From Phyllobacteriaceae bacterium (lineage in GTDB: Bacteria; Pseudomonadota; Alphaproteobacteria; Rhizobiales; Rhizobiaceae): DNA of 50,413 nt. A model generated the notes under the pieces. The model was given only the letters and a program-made list of their open reading frames with translations, did no database searches and was not told the origin of the DNA. Position numbers and translations under genes: made by a program. Each line of letters opens with the position of its first letter. The stretch's first letter is position 1. Where the stretch lies: assembly GCA_031401375.1 (NCBI GenBank), contig JANNRN010000044.1, forward strand, positions 1-50,413, written 5' to 3'. Shown one piece after another: positions 30,933-39,843 of the stretch.

Positions 30933-32003
30933 ATGTCCGGCCACGAAACAAAAACAGTGATGGTCACAGGCGGCAGCGGCTTTATCGGATCAGCCTTCTG
31001 CCGCCATTGCGTCAGCGATTTGGGGTGGCGGGTCGTCAATCTGGATGCGCTGACCTATGCGGCCGCAGACGGCACGATGAAGCAGATTGAAGGTCACCCG
31101 CGCTATCACTTCGTCAAGGGTGACATTGCTGACAGGGTCCTGGTCGCGGACCTTTTCTTGCGACATTCACCTGCCGCCATCGTCAATTTTGCGGCCGAAA
31201 GTCATGTTGACCGCTCAATTGACGGCCCGCTGGCGTTCATCAACACAAACGTCGTCGGGACGGCATCCTTGCTTGAGGCGACACGCGAATTCCTCGGCGG
31301 CAGGGATGCGGGGTTTCGCAGTGCGTTCCGCTTTCATCACGTTTCGACGGATGAAGTTTATGGCAGTCTGGCGCTTGACGAGAACGCCTTTGTGGAAACG
31401 ACGGCCTATCAACCGTCATCTCCCTATTCAGCCTCGAAGGCGGCCTCCGATCACTTGGTGCGGGCATGGTGGCACACATTTGGGTTGCCGGTCACAATCA
31501 CCAATTGCTCCAACAATTATGGGCCGTTTCATTTCCCGGAAAAACTCATTCCGCTTGTCATCATCAAGGCGCTCAGGGGCGAACCCCTGCCGGTCTATGG
31601 CACGGGCCGCAATGTGCGCGACTGGCTGTTTGTAGAGGATCATGCCCGTGCGATTGCCATGGTTCTGCAAAATGGCGAAACCGGAGAAACCTACAATGTT
31701 GGAGGAAACGAGGAGCGGTCAAATCTCGAAGTTGTCGAGGCGATCTGCGATCTGGTTGATCAGCGTGTGCCATTGAGCAATGGCAAGCGCAGACGTGACC
31801 TCATCACTTTCGTTGCGGACCGTCCCGGGCATGACCTGCGCTATGCAATTGACAATACAAAGATTTGTGATCAGCTGGGCTGGCGGCCGTCCACACGTTT
31901 TGAATCCGGCTTGGCCAAAACTGTTGACTGGTATCTTGATAACGAGTGGTGGTGGCAGCCTCTTCTCGAGAAACGGTATCAAGGACAGAGGCTTGGAGTT
32001 TAG
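30933..32003 (+). CDS. rfbB: dTDP-glucose 4,6-dehydratase
   Basis: VMVTGGSGFIGSAF.., ..YSASKAASDHLV and ..SNNYGPFHFPEKLIP. Confidence 0.95.
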   Translation: MSGHETKTVMVTGGSGFIGSAFCRHCVSDLGWRVVNLDALTYAAADGTMKQIEGHPRYHFVKGDIADRVLVADLFLRHSPAAIVNFAAESHVDRSIDGPLAFINTNVVGTASLLEATREFLGGRDAGFRSAFRFHHVSTDEVYGSLALDENAFVETTAYQPSSPYSASKAASDHLVRAWWHTFGLPVTITNCSNNYGPFHFPEKLIPLVIIKALRGEPLPVYGTGRNVRDWLFVEDHARAIAMVLQNGETGETYNVGGNEERSNLEVVEAICDLVDQRVPLSNGKRRRDLITFVADRPGHDLRYAIDNTKICDQLGWRPSTRFESGLAKTVDWYLDNEWWWQPLLEKRYQGQRLGV

Positions 32004-32033
32004 CCTTTGAATCGTCTTTCCGGGGAGCCACAC

Positions 32034-32903
32034 ATGCGCGGGATTGTATTGGCGGGGGGAACGGGCACAAGGCTTTTCCCGATCACAATGGGAATCTCAA
32101 AACAGCTTCTGCCGATTTTCGACAAGCCGATGGTTTACTATCCCATTTCGGTTCTGATGCTTGCCGGAATACGCGACATTCTGATTATCACCACGCCGCA
32201 CGAACTGTCCCTGTTTCAGCGCCTTCTTGGCGACGGATCGAGATTTGGCGTCAGTTTGCAATATGCCGCGCAACCGTCTCCTGACGGCATTGCCCAGGCA
32301 TTCCTCATCGGCGAGAGCTTCCTTGATGGGGGCCATGCCGCGCTTGTGCTCGGCGACAACATCTTTTTTGGCCACGGTTTCTCCGCCATGCTGACAAGAG
32401 CGGCAGCCCGCGCAAGCGGCGCGACGGTTTTTGCCACGCGTGTTACAGATCCCAGCCGGTTTGGCATCGTCGAGTTCGATGACAAGGGCGTTGCCTTGTC
32501 GATTGAGGAAAAGCCGCTCCAGCCTCGCTCTCCTTTTGCTGTAACAGGGCTCTACTTCTACGATTCCGATGTCGTAGAAATCACAAAATCCATCAAACCC
32601 TCGGCAAGGGGCGAGCTTGAGATTACGTCGGTCAATCATGCATATCTTGAAGCTGGAAAGCTCAATGTCGAGATTTTGGGACGGGGATTTGCCTGGCTCG
32701 ATACCGGAACACATGAAAGCCTTCTTGATGCCGGTGAGTTTGTGCACACGATTGAAAAACGCCAGGACATGAAAATCGCCTGCCTTGAGGAAATCGCCTT
32801 TCAGAAAGGATTTATTGGAAAATCCGAGCTGATTGACGCAGCAGAGCTTCACGGCAAGAGTGACTACGGAGCCTATCTTAAGCGGCTCATCGCGGAAATC
32901 TGA
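32034..32903 (+). CDS. rfbA: glucose-1-phosphate thymidylyltransferase
   Basis: [36 protein letters not shown]; GGGGAG lies 7 nt upstream of ATG 32034. Confidence 0.95.
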   Translation: MRGIVLAGGTGTRLFPITMGISKQLLPIFDKPMVYYPISVLMLAGIRDILIITTPHELSLFQRLLGDGSRFGVSLQYAAQPSPDGIAQAFLIGESFLDGGHAALVLGDNIFFGHGFSAMLTRAAARASGATVFATRVTDPSRFGIVEFDDKGVALSIEEKPLQPRSPFAVTGLYFYDSDVVEITKSIKPSARGELEITSVNHAYLEAGKLNVEILGRGFAWLDTGTHESLLDAGEFVHTIEKRQDMKIACLEEIAFQKGFIGKSELIDAAELHGKSDYGAYLKRLIAEI

Positions 32904-33466
32904 TGATCATTACCAAAACGCCGCTGGACGGTCTCCTGTTAGTCGAGCCAAGAGTTTTCGGCGACGACCGCGGCTCTTTTTTCGAGATCTGGCAAGAGAA
33001 GCGCTACTGCGAAGCCGGCATCTCAAATGGCTTTGTCCAGGATAATATATCTTTCTCTCGCCAAGGCACTTTGCGCGGCCTGCATTTCCAGAATCCCCAT
33101 CCACAGGGCAAACTGGTTTCGGTGATGGAAGGCGAAGTGTTTGATGTCGTGGTTGACCTAAGGCTGGACAGCGCGACATATGGAAAATGGACCGGAACGC
33201 ATTTGTCTGCTCAAAATCACCTTCAGCTCTGGATTCCGGAAGGGTTTGCGCACGGCTTTCTGGTGACCAGTGATACGGCGGTTTTTTCCTACAAATGCAC
33301 CGCCTATTACAATCCGGTCACAGAGAAATCACTGCGCTGGGATGATCCGGACATTGGCATCAATTGGCCTTCGGGACAAAAGTTCCTTTCCCCCAAAGAC
33401 AGGGACGGGCTTTCATTTCGTGAGATCGAGACCACGGGCCTCTATTTCGGGAACAGGAAAGGCTGA
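32903..33466 (+). CDS. rfbC: dTDP-4-dehydrorhamnose 3,5-epimerase
   Basis: ..FGDDRGSFFE..RGLHFQ..KLVSVMEGEVFDVVVDLR..PEGFAHGF. Confidence 0.95.
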   Translation: MIITKTPLDGLLLVEPRVFGDDRGSFFEIWQEKRYCEAGISNGFVQDNISFSRQGTLRGLHFQNPHPQGKLVSVMEGEVFDVVVDLRLDSATYGKWTGTHLSAQNHLQLWIPEGFAHGFLVTSDTAVFSYKCTAYYNPVTEKSLRWDDPDIGINWPSGQKFLSPKDRDGLSFREIETTGLYFGNRKG

Positions 33467-34344
33467 TGGTTCGCAAGAAAGTATTGCTTACCGGTGGTTC
33501 TGGTCAAGCGGGTTCGCAGATCATTCGCTGCATCCCCTCTTGGGCGGAAGTCATTGCGCCGGGCAGGCAGGACTTGGACCTCTCCGACCCCGCTGCCATC
33601 GCGAGGCTGGTCAATGAACTTCGCCCGGATGCAATTATCAATGCGGCCGCCTTTGCAGCGGTCGACAAGGCGGAAGCCATGCCCGAGCTTGCGCGTGCGA
33701 TTAACGCAAGGGCTGCGGGACTCCTTGCCCAAGCGGCATCGCAGGTTGGCGCAAGGCTTGTTCACATTTCGACCGACTACGTCTTTGATGGCCGCAATTG
33801 CGTGCCCTACCTGCCCACGGACGTGGCCCGGCCGCTTTCTGTTTATGGAAGCACAAAGCTGGAAGGCGAGCTGGCTATCCGCGCCAGCCTGCCCGGCGAA
33901 GACTACTTGATATTGCGCACGGCATGGGTTCACACGCCAGGGCATTCGAACTTCGTCACCGCCATTTTGCGGCGATTGCAGGATCAGGCGGCGCTAGGGG
34001 TCGTCAGCGACCAGATCGGCACGCCGACCGCCGCCCAGGATCTTGCTGTCGCCATTTGGAACGCGGTCGGCAACGACGCCAGCGGCTTGGTGCACTTCAC
34101 CAATTCGGGGGTGGCCAGCTGGTTTGACTTTGCGGTTGCCATACAGCGGCTGGCAAAATCGTCGGGGCGTGTGTCGAATTTGTGCGAGATCAGCCCGATT
34201 TCAACGGCGCAGTACCCGACGCCCGCCAGACGGCCGCAATTCTCCGTGCTTGACAAGACCAGCGGCTGGGCGGCCCTGGACATGACCCCGGTGCATTGGA
34301 TGGACGCCTTGGAACGCACATGGTTCAGCGAAGGCCCTGCATAA
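33466..34344 (+). CDS. rfbD: dTDP-4-dehydrorhamnose reductase
   Basis: VLLTGGSGQAG.., ..INAAAFAAVDKAE.. and STDYVFDG..YGSTKLEGE. Confidence 0.93.
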   Translation: MVRKKVLLTGGSGQAGSQIIRCIPSWAEVIAPGRQDLDLSDPAAIARLVNELRPDAIINAAAFAAVDKAEAMPELARAINARAAGLLAQAASQVGARLVHISTDYVFDGRNCVPYLPTDVARPLSVYGSTKLEGELAIRASLPGEDYLILRTAWVHTPGHSNFVTAILRRLQDQAALGVVSDQIGTPTAAQDLAVAIWNAVGNDASGLVHFTNSGVASWFDFAVAIQRLAKSSGRVSNLCEISPISTAQYPTPARRPQFSVLDKTSGWAALDMTPVHWMDALERTWFSEGPA

Positions 34345-34759
34345 CAAGGCGGCCATTGGCCATCCCGCTCCAAAGCCCGCCACGACGGCGTTCCGGTATC
34401 TGCGCGTTCGCTTGAATGCGGGTCTAATGTTGCTGATTGATCGCTACAGGCAAGATTCCGCAGATTGATTACTTGTCGCAAGCGAAGATACTCGCTCTGG
34501 CTTGGCGGCATCGCGTTTGGCACATGCCCATTTGTGTTGAGCAAACATGAAAAGCCCCCCTTTGTTGAATGCGAACCTTGCAAGTCCCCTCTTCGCTCTC
34601 GGTTCACGAGATGCTGCCAGGCGCCAGGGGCCATGACGCAAAGTGAAGAGGCATCGGCTAAACTTTTGAAACGATTGATTTGCAACGCCAAACAATTGTG
34701 CTTTGCTCTTCGCATTGAGGCCTGAGCGGGCCTGTCAAAAACAAACGGGGAACTGAAAA

Positions 34760-35551
34760 ATGATGAATTCCAGCTGGCGCGGGCTCATGGCCTTTGCGCT
34801 ATTTGTGACACTGATATTGCCGTTTGCGGCGCGCGCGGAGGAAAGGACCCTTACGATCGGCACGGAAGGGGCCTATCCGCCATTCAATTTCATAGATGCG
34901 GACGGCAAGATCGGCGGCTTTGATGTTGAGATCGGCCTTGCGCTCTGCGCGGAGATGAAAGCCAAATGCGATGTCGTGGCGCAGGACTGGGACGGCATCA
35001 TCCCGGGTCTTCTTGCGGAAAAATACGACATGATCATCGCCTCAATGTTCATCACCGAAGAGCGTAAGCAAAAGGTCGCCTTCACTAACCCCTACTACAA
35101 GGCGGCGATGACGCATGTTGCCAAGAAGGGCGCAGGGCTCACAGATTTCACCGATGCCGGCATGAAGGGCAAAACCATTGGAGTTCAGGCCGGAACGACG
35201 CAGGCGACCTTTGCGGAAAAGACCTATCCAAGCGCCGAGATCAAGTCTTATCCGACACAGGACGAGGTCAATCTCGACATGGCGTCCGGACGTCTGGATC
35301 TGCAGGTCGGCGATATGATTCCGATGCTCGACTGGGTCAACAAGTCCGAAGACGGCGCCGGTTTTGAACTTGTCGGCGAGCCGGTCATCGACCCTGCCTT
35401 TGTAGGTGAAGGCGTCGGTATCGCCGTGCGCCAGTCAGACACGCAACTGCGCGAAGACATCAACGCGGCACTGAAGGCGATCCTTGCAAACGGCGCCTAC
35501 AAGGCAATCAATGACAAGTACTTCACCATCGATGTCTATTCGATGAAGTGA
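34760..35551 (+). CDS. amino-acid ABC transporter substrate-binding protein (His/Lys/Arg/opine-type), orphan
   Basis: Signal peptide, then LTIGTEGAYPPFNFIDADGKIGGFDVEIG..AQDWDGIIPGL..KYDMIIASM. No adjacent permease or ATPase. Confidence 0.88.
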   Translation: MMNSSWRGLMAFALFVTLILPFAARAEERTLTIGTEGAYPPFNFIDADGKIGGFDVEIGLALCAEMKAKCDVVAQDWDGIIPGLLAEKYDMIIASMFITEERKQKVAFTNPYYKAAMTHVAKKGAGLTDFTDAGMKGKTIGVQAGTTQATFAEKTYPSAEIKSYPTQDEVNLDMASGRLDLQVGDMIPMLDWVNKSEDGAGFELVGEPVIDPAFVGEGVGIAVRQSDTQLREDINAALKAILANGAYKAINDKYFTIDVYSMK

Positions 35552-35567
35552 TTTTGACGATGGTGCG

Positions 35568-35586
35568 CGCCCGGATTTTCCGGGCG
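35568..35586 (+). terminator. GC-rich hairpin after the binding-protein gene
   Basis: CGCCCGG-atttt-CCGGGCG, 17 nt after the stop, with a weak T tract. A second hairpin, GCGGGC..GCCCGC, follows at about 35604-35625. Confidence 0.4.
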
Positions 35587-35772
35587 GCATTTGTCTGAAG
35601 ACAGCGGGCCGGGAAAACCGCCCGCATCTTGGAACCGGCCTTGCCGTCCCCCGTTTGGGTGATGACGCCCGATGGGCCGCATGCTCAATTTCATCACCCC
35701 AAATCATCCATCTGTACTTGAACAGGATTCGGCGTATCATTCGCCGCGGGGGCGCGAAACGGGGAGATTTCC

Positions 35773-36618
35773 ATGGTTTCTTCTGTACCCAAAAACATGT
35801 TCACGTCGACTGAAATCCGCAAGCATCGTGACACGCTCGATGTGTTTACCGACGCTGCCGCTGACTTTCTCGACTGGGTCTATGCCGATCATCTGGCCTT
35901 CTATGCCAAATGGGGTGTGTCGAAATATTACGGCAACCGCAAACCTGAGCACAAGACCTATGAGAAGCGCGTCGCGCAGCTGAAGAAGTTCGGCAAGCCT
36001 GCATTTCTCGCTGACCAGCAGGTCTCGACAGCCTGCATACTGCTTGCCATGCAATCGATGGAGCGCGGCTTCAATGCGACCGGCATGGGCAATACCTGGA
36101 AGAAGATCAACGCCCAGCTCAAGGTCGACCAGAAGTTCTATGGCACCGATCTGCAGATCATGCTGCAGCAGCTTGGCTGGAAGCTCTATTACTGGAATCC
36201 GGACCCGTCCCAGAATGCCAAATGGGATGCCGAAGACCAGGCGCTCAACCCTTTGAAAGCAGGACGCAAATGGATGCCGGTTTGGGGCGGGCACGCGCTT
36301 CGTTTTGCCAGCGCCAAGAACAAAGGCACCTATTACGACGCCAAGCTCGATAATGTCACTGCGTTGGTCGGGTTCGGCAAGGTGCAACCCGCGACATTCA
36401 AGGATGTGCCGGTTTTTGTCGGCATTGCTCATGCCGGGTATCACGTCTTTCCAGGCCGCCGCGGCGATGTGGTCGAGGCGCATTCCATGCGCGAAATGAT
36501 CGCCAAGGACAATATCGAAGTCTCGGCATTCAATCCGCTGGCGACAGGGGGCGGACCGCGCTGGACCCGCTCGGAAAAGTACCGGTCGGGCGTCATCGCT
36601 GTTCCGCAGGATTTCTGA
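35773..36618 (+). CDS. hypothetical protein, putative papain-fold Cys-His hydrolase (single Cys), no signal peptide
   Basis: 281 aa. The only Cys (C88) sits in DQQVSTACILLAM (Q-x5-C as in papain). The distal GIAHAGYHVFPGRRGDVVEAHS supplies His plus acidic candidates. GGGGAG SD lies upstream. Confidence 0.5.
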   Translation: MVSSVPKNMFTSTEIRKHRDTLDVFTDAAADFLDWVYADHLAFYAKWGVSKYYGNRKPEHKTYEKRVAQLKKFGKPAFLADQQVSTACILLAMQSMERGFNATGMGNTWKKINAQLKVDQKFYGTDLQIMLQQLGWKLYYWNPDPSQNAKWDAEDQALNPLKAGRKWMPVWGGHALRFASAKNKGTYYDAKLDNVTALVGFGKVQPATFKDVPVFVGIAHAGYHVFPGRRGDVVEAHSMREMIAKDNIEVSAFNPLATGGGPRWTRSEKYRSGVIAVPQDF

Positions 36619-36666
36619 CCGCGGCCGCTGTACAGGCGGAATTTGCACATTACCAGGAGGGATCAA

Positions 36667-37491
36667 ATGCTGAAACGCGCCATCCTCATCGTTCAAAATC
36701 ACTTGCGGGCGCTCGGCCATTTTGCCGGAAATCCGGATGGCGTCAGCGGGCCTATCACCGAAGCCGCTGTCGTCAAGGGGCTGACCGCCCGTGCCGGCGA
36801 AATTCCCGCCGGCGCACTCGCGTTTGCGCCTGAGCGCCGGATGACGCTCATGCTGCAGCTCATCTGCAAGGACAAGGGCATCGAATGCGAGCCGGCCGAT
36901 GGCTATTGGGGGCCAGTCACCCAGAATGCCTATGAATCGCTTGTCCACCTCATTGATCGCGGCACGCTGCCGCCCAACTGGCGCGATGACGAGCCGTCGG
37001 ATTCCAATCCGCATGTATGGCCGCGCGACCGCGGCAATCAACAGGACATGCGCAATTTCTACGGGCCCGCGGGCAATCCGCCGATGAAGAAAGTGCGTTG
37101 TCCGTGGACGCTCAAACTCGCCTGGGACAAAAGCGTCACCATCACCCATGTCGGTGTTCACGCCAAAGTTGCCGGCAGCGTTGAGGACGTGCTGCAACGG
37201 GTGCATGCCCATTACGGCGACGCTGAATTGAAGCGGCTGCGGCTCGATCTTTATGGCGGCTGTTTCTTCAATCGGCGAAAACGCGGCGGTTCAACGTGGT
37301 CGACCCATGCATGGGCCATCGCCCTTGACTGGGATCCGGAACGCAACCAGCTCAAATGGGGTCGCGACAGGGCGACACTTGATCATTCGAATTATGATTT
37401 CTGGTGGCATTCCTGGGAGGCGGAAGGCTGGGTCAGCCTCGGCCGGTCACGAAACTTTGACTGGATGCATGTCCAGGCGGCGCGGCTTTGA
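36667..37491 (+). CDS. peptidoglycan-binding-domain protein with C-terminal M15/LAS zinc peptidase domain, no signal peptide
   Basis: Two PG_binding_1-like repeats (LRALGHFAGNPDGVSGPITEAAV; ADGYWGPVTQNAYESL). The H-x6-D motif is STHAWAIALD and the terminal motif is DWMHVQ. AGGAGG lies 6 nt before ATG 36667. Confidence 0.75.
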   Translation: MLKRAILIVQNHLRALGHFAGNPDGVSGPITEAAVVKGLTARAGEIPAGALAFAPERRMTLMLQLICKDKGIECEPADGYWGPVTQNAYESLVHLIDRGTLPPNWRDDEPSDSNPHVWPRDRGNQQDMRNFYGPAGNPPMKKVRCPWTLKLAWDKSVTITHVGVHAKVAGSVEDVLQRVHAHYGDAELKRLRLDLYGGCFFNRRKRGGSTWSTHAWAIALDWDPERNQLKWGRDRATLDHSNYDFWWHSWEAEGWVSLGRSRNFDWMHVQAARL

Positions 37492-37510
37492 CGCATTCGC
37501 AGGAAATGCG

Positions 37511-38632
37511 CTAGTCAAACCGGACTGGCAGGAATTCGGCGCCGGTCAGTCCCGCCCGGTGCAGGCTTTCATCCAGCGGCTCTTGGCGCAACAGGTTTGC
37601 CGCATACTGCCCCAGCGCGGGAGAGGACTGGATGCCGGAGCCGCCTTGTCCTGCGAGCCAGAAATAACCGGGAACATCGCCCGCCAATCCAACCACCGGC
37701 AGCCTGTCGGGCGAAAACGTGCGCAAACCCGCCCATTTGCTCGCGACTGACTTCACCTGAAGCTTTGTTGCCTCCTCGAGATAGTAAGCCGCATAAGCAA
37801 TGTCGATATCTTCGGGCTGCGCGTCGCAAGGTTCGGAAGGCGTTGCATCCGCCGGTGAGACAAGCAGCCGTCCCGCATCCGGTTTGAAGTACCAGGCCTC
37901 GTCCACTTCGTTGACTTCCGGAATTGGCGTCAGATCAATCTCCGGCGGCACATCCACCGTTATCACAGTGCGGCGGTAAGGAACGAGCCCGAGCTGTTTT
38001 GCTCCAAACAGGGCAGCGATGTTGTCGGCCCAGGCGCCGGAGGCGTTGACCACCGTGGTTGCAGAAAATTCCCCTTGCGACGTTTTAAGACGCCAGACCT
38101 TGCCGTCATGCGCCGCGGAGAGAAGCTCACATGATGTGCGGATTTCAGCGCCGCTGTGGCGGGCGCTGCGGACATAGCCTTGCAGCAGCGTCTGCGCCTC
38201 GATGTCGCAGCATGAAGGGTCAAAGAATGCCGCCTTGAACTGACCAGGATTGAGAAACGGCACCAGCGTCAGGCATTCCTCGGTACTGCAAAGCCTCAGA
38301 TTCTCCACCTGCCGGCTTTCCAGTTGAAAAATCTCGTGCAAGTGCGCCGCCTTGTCTTCACCCGCCACGACAAGGTTTCCCCGCACCTTGATAAGCGGAA
38401 TGTCTGCAAATCCATCGGGCGCGTTCGTGAGAAATTCGGCGCTTGCGCGAGCCAGTTTTCCGATGAGGGGGCCGTGATGGATCCGGCTAAACTCGGCGGC
38501 GGACCGGCCGGAGGAATGGTAGCCGTGATGGGCCTCGCGTTCGAGGACGAGGACCGAGCGGCTGGCGCCAAGAAAGTGGGCAAGCGACGCACCGGAAATG
38601 CCGCCGCCGATGATCGCAATATCAAAAAACAT
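37511..38632 (-). CDS. FAD-dependent oxidoreductase (DAO family)
   Basis: MFFDIAIIGGGISGASLAHFL..VLVLERE from internal ATG 38632; the upstream 111 codons of the track ORF are not DAO-like. Confidence 0.85.
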   Translation of the reverse strand: MFFDIAIIGGGISGASLAHFLGASRSVLVLEREAHHGYHSSGRSAAEFSRIHHGPLIGKLARASAEFLTNAPDGFADIPLIKVRGNLVVAGEDKAAHLHEIFQLESRQVENLRLCSTEECLTLVPFLNPGQFKAAFFDPSCCDIEAQTLLQGYVRSARHSGAEIRTSCELLSAAHDGKVWRLKTSQGEFSATTVVNASGAWADNIAALFGAKQLGLVPYRRTVITVDVPPEIDLTPIPEVNEVDEAWYFKPDAGRLLVSPADATPSEPCDAQPEDIDIAYAAYYLEEATKLQVKSVASKWAGLRTFSPDRLPVVGLAGDVPGYFWLAGQGGSGIQSSPALGQYAANLLRQEPLDESLHRAGLTGAEFLPVRFD

Positions 38633-38648
38633 AAATATGAACCTTTGT

Positions 38649-39530
38649 TCAATTAAAAATAGGGCGATCACGTTCGACGATTTCGGCGATAAACTGGGTG
38701 ACGGCTGTAATGCGGCGAAGTTTGCGCATGCTCTCGTGATAGACAATGTAATAGGCGCGTGACAGCTTTCTTTGCGGCAATACCTGAATGAGCTCGGAAT
38801 GCTCGCGCGCGATGAAGCGGTGCAGGATGCCAATGCCGGCGCCGGAACGAACCGCCTCCAGCTGCCCAAGCGCGCTGGAGACGGAAAAATTCGGTTTCGC
38901 GCTGGAAAACAATTCCGGCCCGTAGTTGAGCGACGGGGTGGCGACGAGGTCTTCAACATAGCCAATCAGGCTGTGTCCGGCGAGTTCAGCTTCGTTCTGT
39001 GGTGCAGGACATCCCGCCAAATAGGTGGACGATGCGTAGAGGCCGAGCGTGTAATCCACCAGTTTGGCCGCGACCAAGCGGCCGTGATCGGGGCTCTCGA
39101 CGGTGACCGCAACATCGGCTTCCCTGCGTGACAGCGAAAAAGACCGCGGCACGGGCACAAGTTCTATGGACAGATCCGGATGCCTTCGTGTCAGTTCGCC
39201 CAAGCGCGGCGCCAGAAATGCGACGCCGAAACCATCGGGCGCGCCGATGCGCACGGTGCCGGAGATCGAAATCGAGGCATCGCCCACTGCGGCGCGCGCC
39301 CCAAGCATCTCCGCTTCCATTCGCTCGGCAGCGATCAAGAATTCTTCTCCGATGCGGGTGAGTTCCGTGCCCGACGGACGGCGCAACAGAAGCTGGGCCC
39401 GCAATTCGGTTTCAAGAGCCGTCAGGCGCCGCGCCACCGTGGCATGGTTCAACCCCAGCCGCCGCGCCGCGCCAAGGATTTGCCCGGCACGCGCCACAGC
39501 AAGGAAAATACGGATGTCGTCCCAGTTCAT
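38649..39530 (-). CDS. LysR family transcriptional regulator
   Basis: MNWDDIRIFLAVARAGQILGAARRLGLNHATVARRLTALE.. from ATG 39530. The 17 codons upstream in the track ORF are encoded by the repeat element. Confidence 0.9.
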   Translation of the reverse strand: MNWDDIRIFLAVARAGQILGAARRLGLNHATVARRLTALETELRAQLLLRRPSGTELTRIGEEFLIAAERMEAEMLGARAAVGDASISISGTVRIGAPDGFGVAFLAPRLGELTRRHPDLSIELVPVPRSFSLSRREADVAVTVESPDHGRLVAAKLVDYTLGLYASSTYLAGCPAPQNEAELAGHSLIGYVEDLVATPSLNYGPELFSSAKPNFSVSSALGQLEAVRSGAGIGILHRFIAREHSELIQVLPQRKLSRAYYIVYHESMRKLRRITAVTQFIAEIVERDRPIFN

Positions 39531-39538
39531 AAGGTTTG

Positions 39539-39712
39539 CGCGAGGCGCCCCCCTCTGTCCTGCCGGACATCTCCCCCGCAAGGGGGGAGATTTTCATGCT
39601 GCACCGTTTTGGCTCCTCTCTTCAACGTTACAGAAGAGCGCAAGGCGGCGACGTATTCAATCTCCCCCCTTGCGGGGGAGATGTCCGGCAGGACAGAGGG
39701 GGGCGCCTCGCG
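39539..39712. repeat. intergenic palindromic element: perfect 54-bp inverted repeats separated by 66 bp (REP/RIME/MITE-like)
   Basis: Arm 39539-39592, CGCGAGGCGCCCCCCTCTGTCCTGCCGGACATCTCCCCCGCAAGGGGGGAGATT, is the exact reverse complement of 39659-39712. Each arm holds its own C/G hairpin with a GCAA/TTGC loop. Confidence 0.9.
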
Positions 39713-39784
39713 ATTAGTTTTCCGCATCATCAGCCCTCCAATATGCGCTTCAATTTTTGCACAATAGGTGCGCTTTCTTGAGTG

Positions 39785-39813
39785 TTGCAATTGCTTTTTT
39801 ATAGAACGATAAT
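39785..39813 (+). promoter_or_regulatory. candidate sigma70-type promoter of mmsA
   Basis: TTGCAA-17 nt-GATAAT read directly. The palindrome GCAATTGC (39787-39794) overlaps the -35. GGAGGA SD lies 6 nt before ATG 39844. Confidence 0.45.
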
Positions 39814-39843
39814 TCCTCATCACAAAAATTCGGAGGAAGTCTC

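Noticed and set aside
34345-34759. 415-bp gap after rfbD with two overlapping ~85-aa ORFs on opposite strands
   Set aside because: Neither has a recognisable family, SD or composition supporting coding. No tRNA-derived repeat or hairpin terminator was evident.
35737-37212. 491-aa minus-strand ORF
   Set aside because: It is antisense to the two hydrolase genes, which have good SD sequences and recognisable motifs. Its composition is shadow-ORF-like.
39531-39581. 17-codon N-terminal extension of the LysR ORF (MRGRCPAGQRGAPRANL)
   Set aside because: It is encoded by the left arm of the inverted-repeat element. The same peptide appears from the other arm in unrelated spurious ORFs, and the canonical LysR N-terminus begins at 39530.
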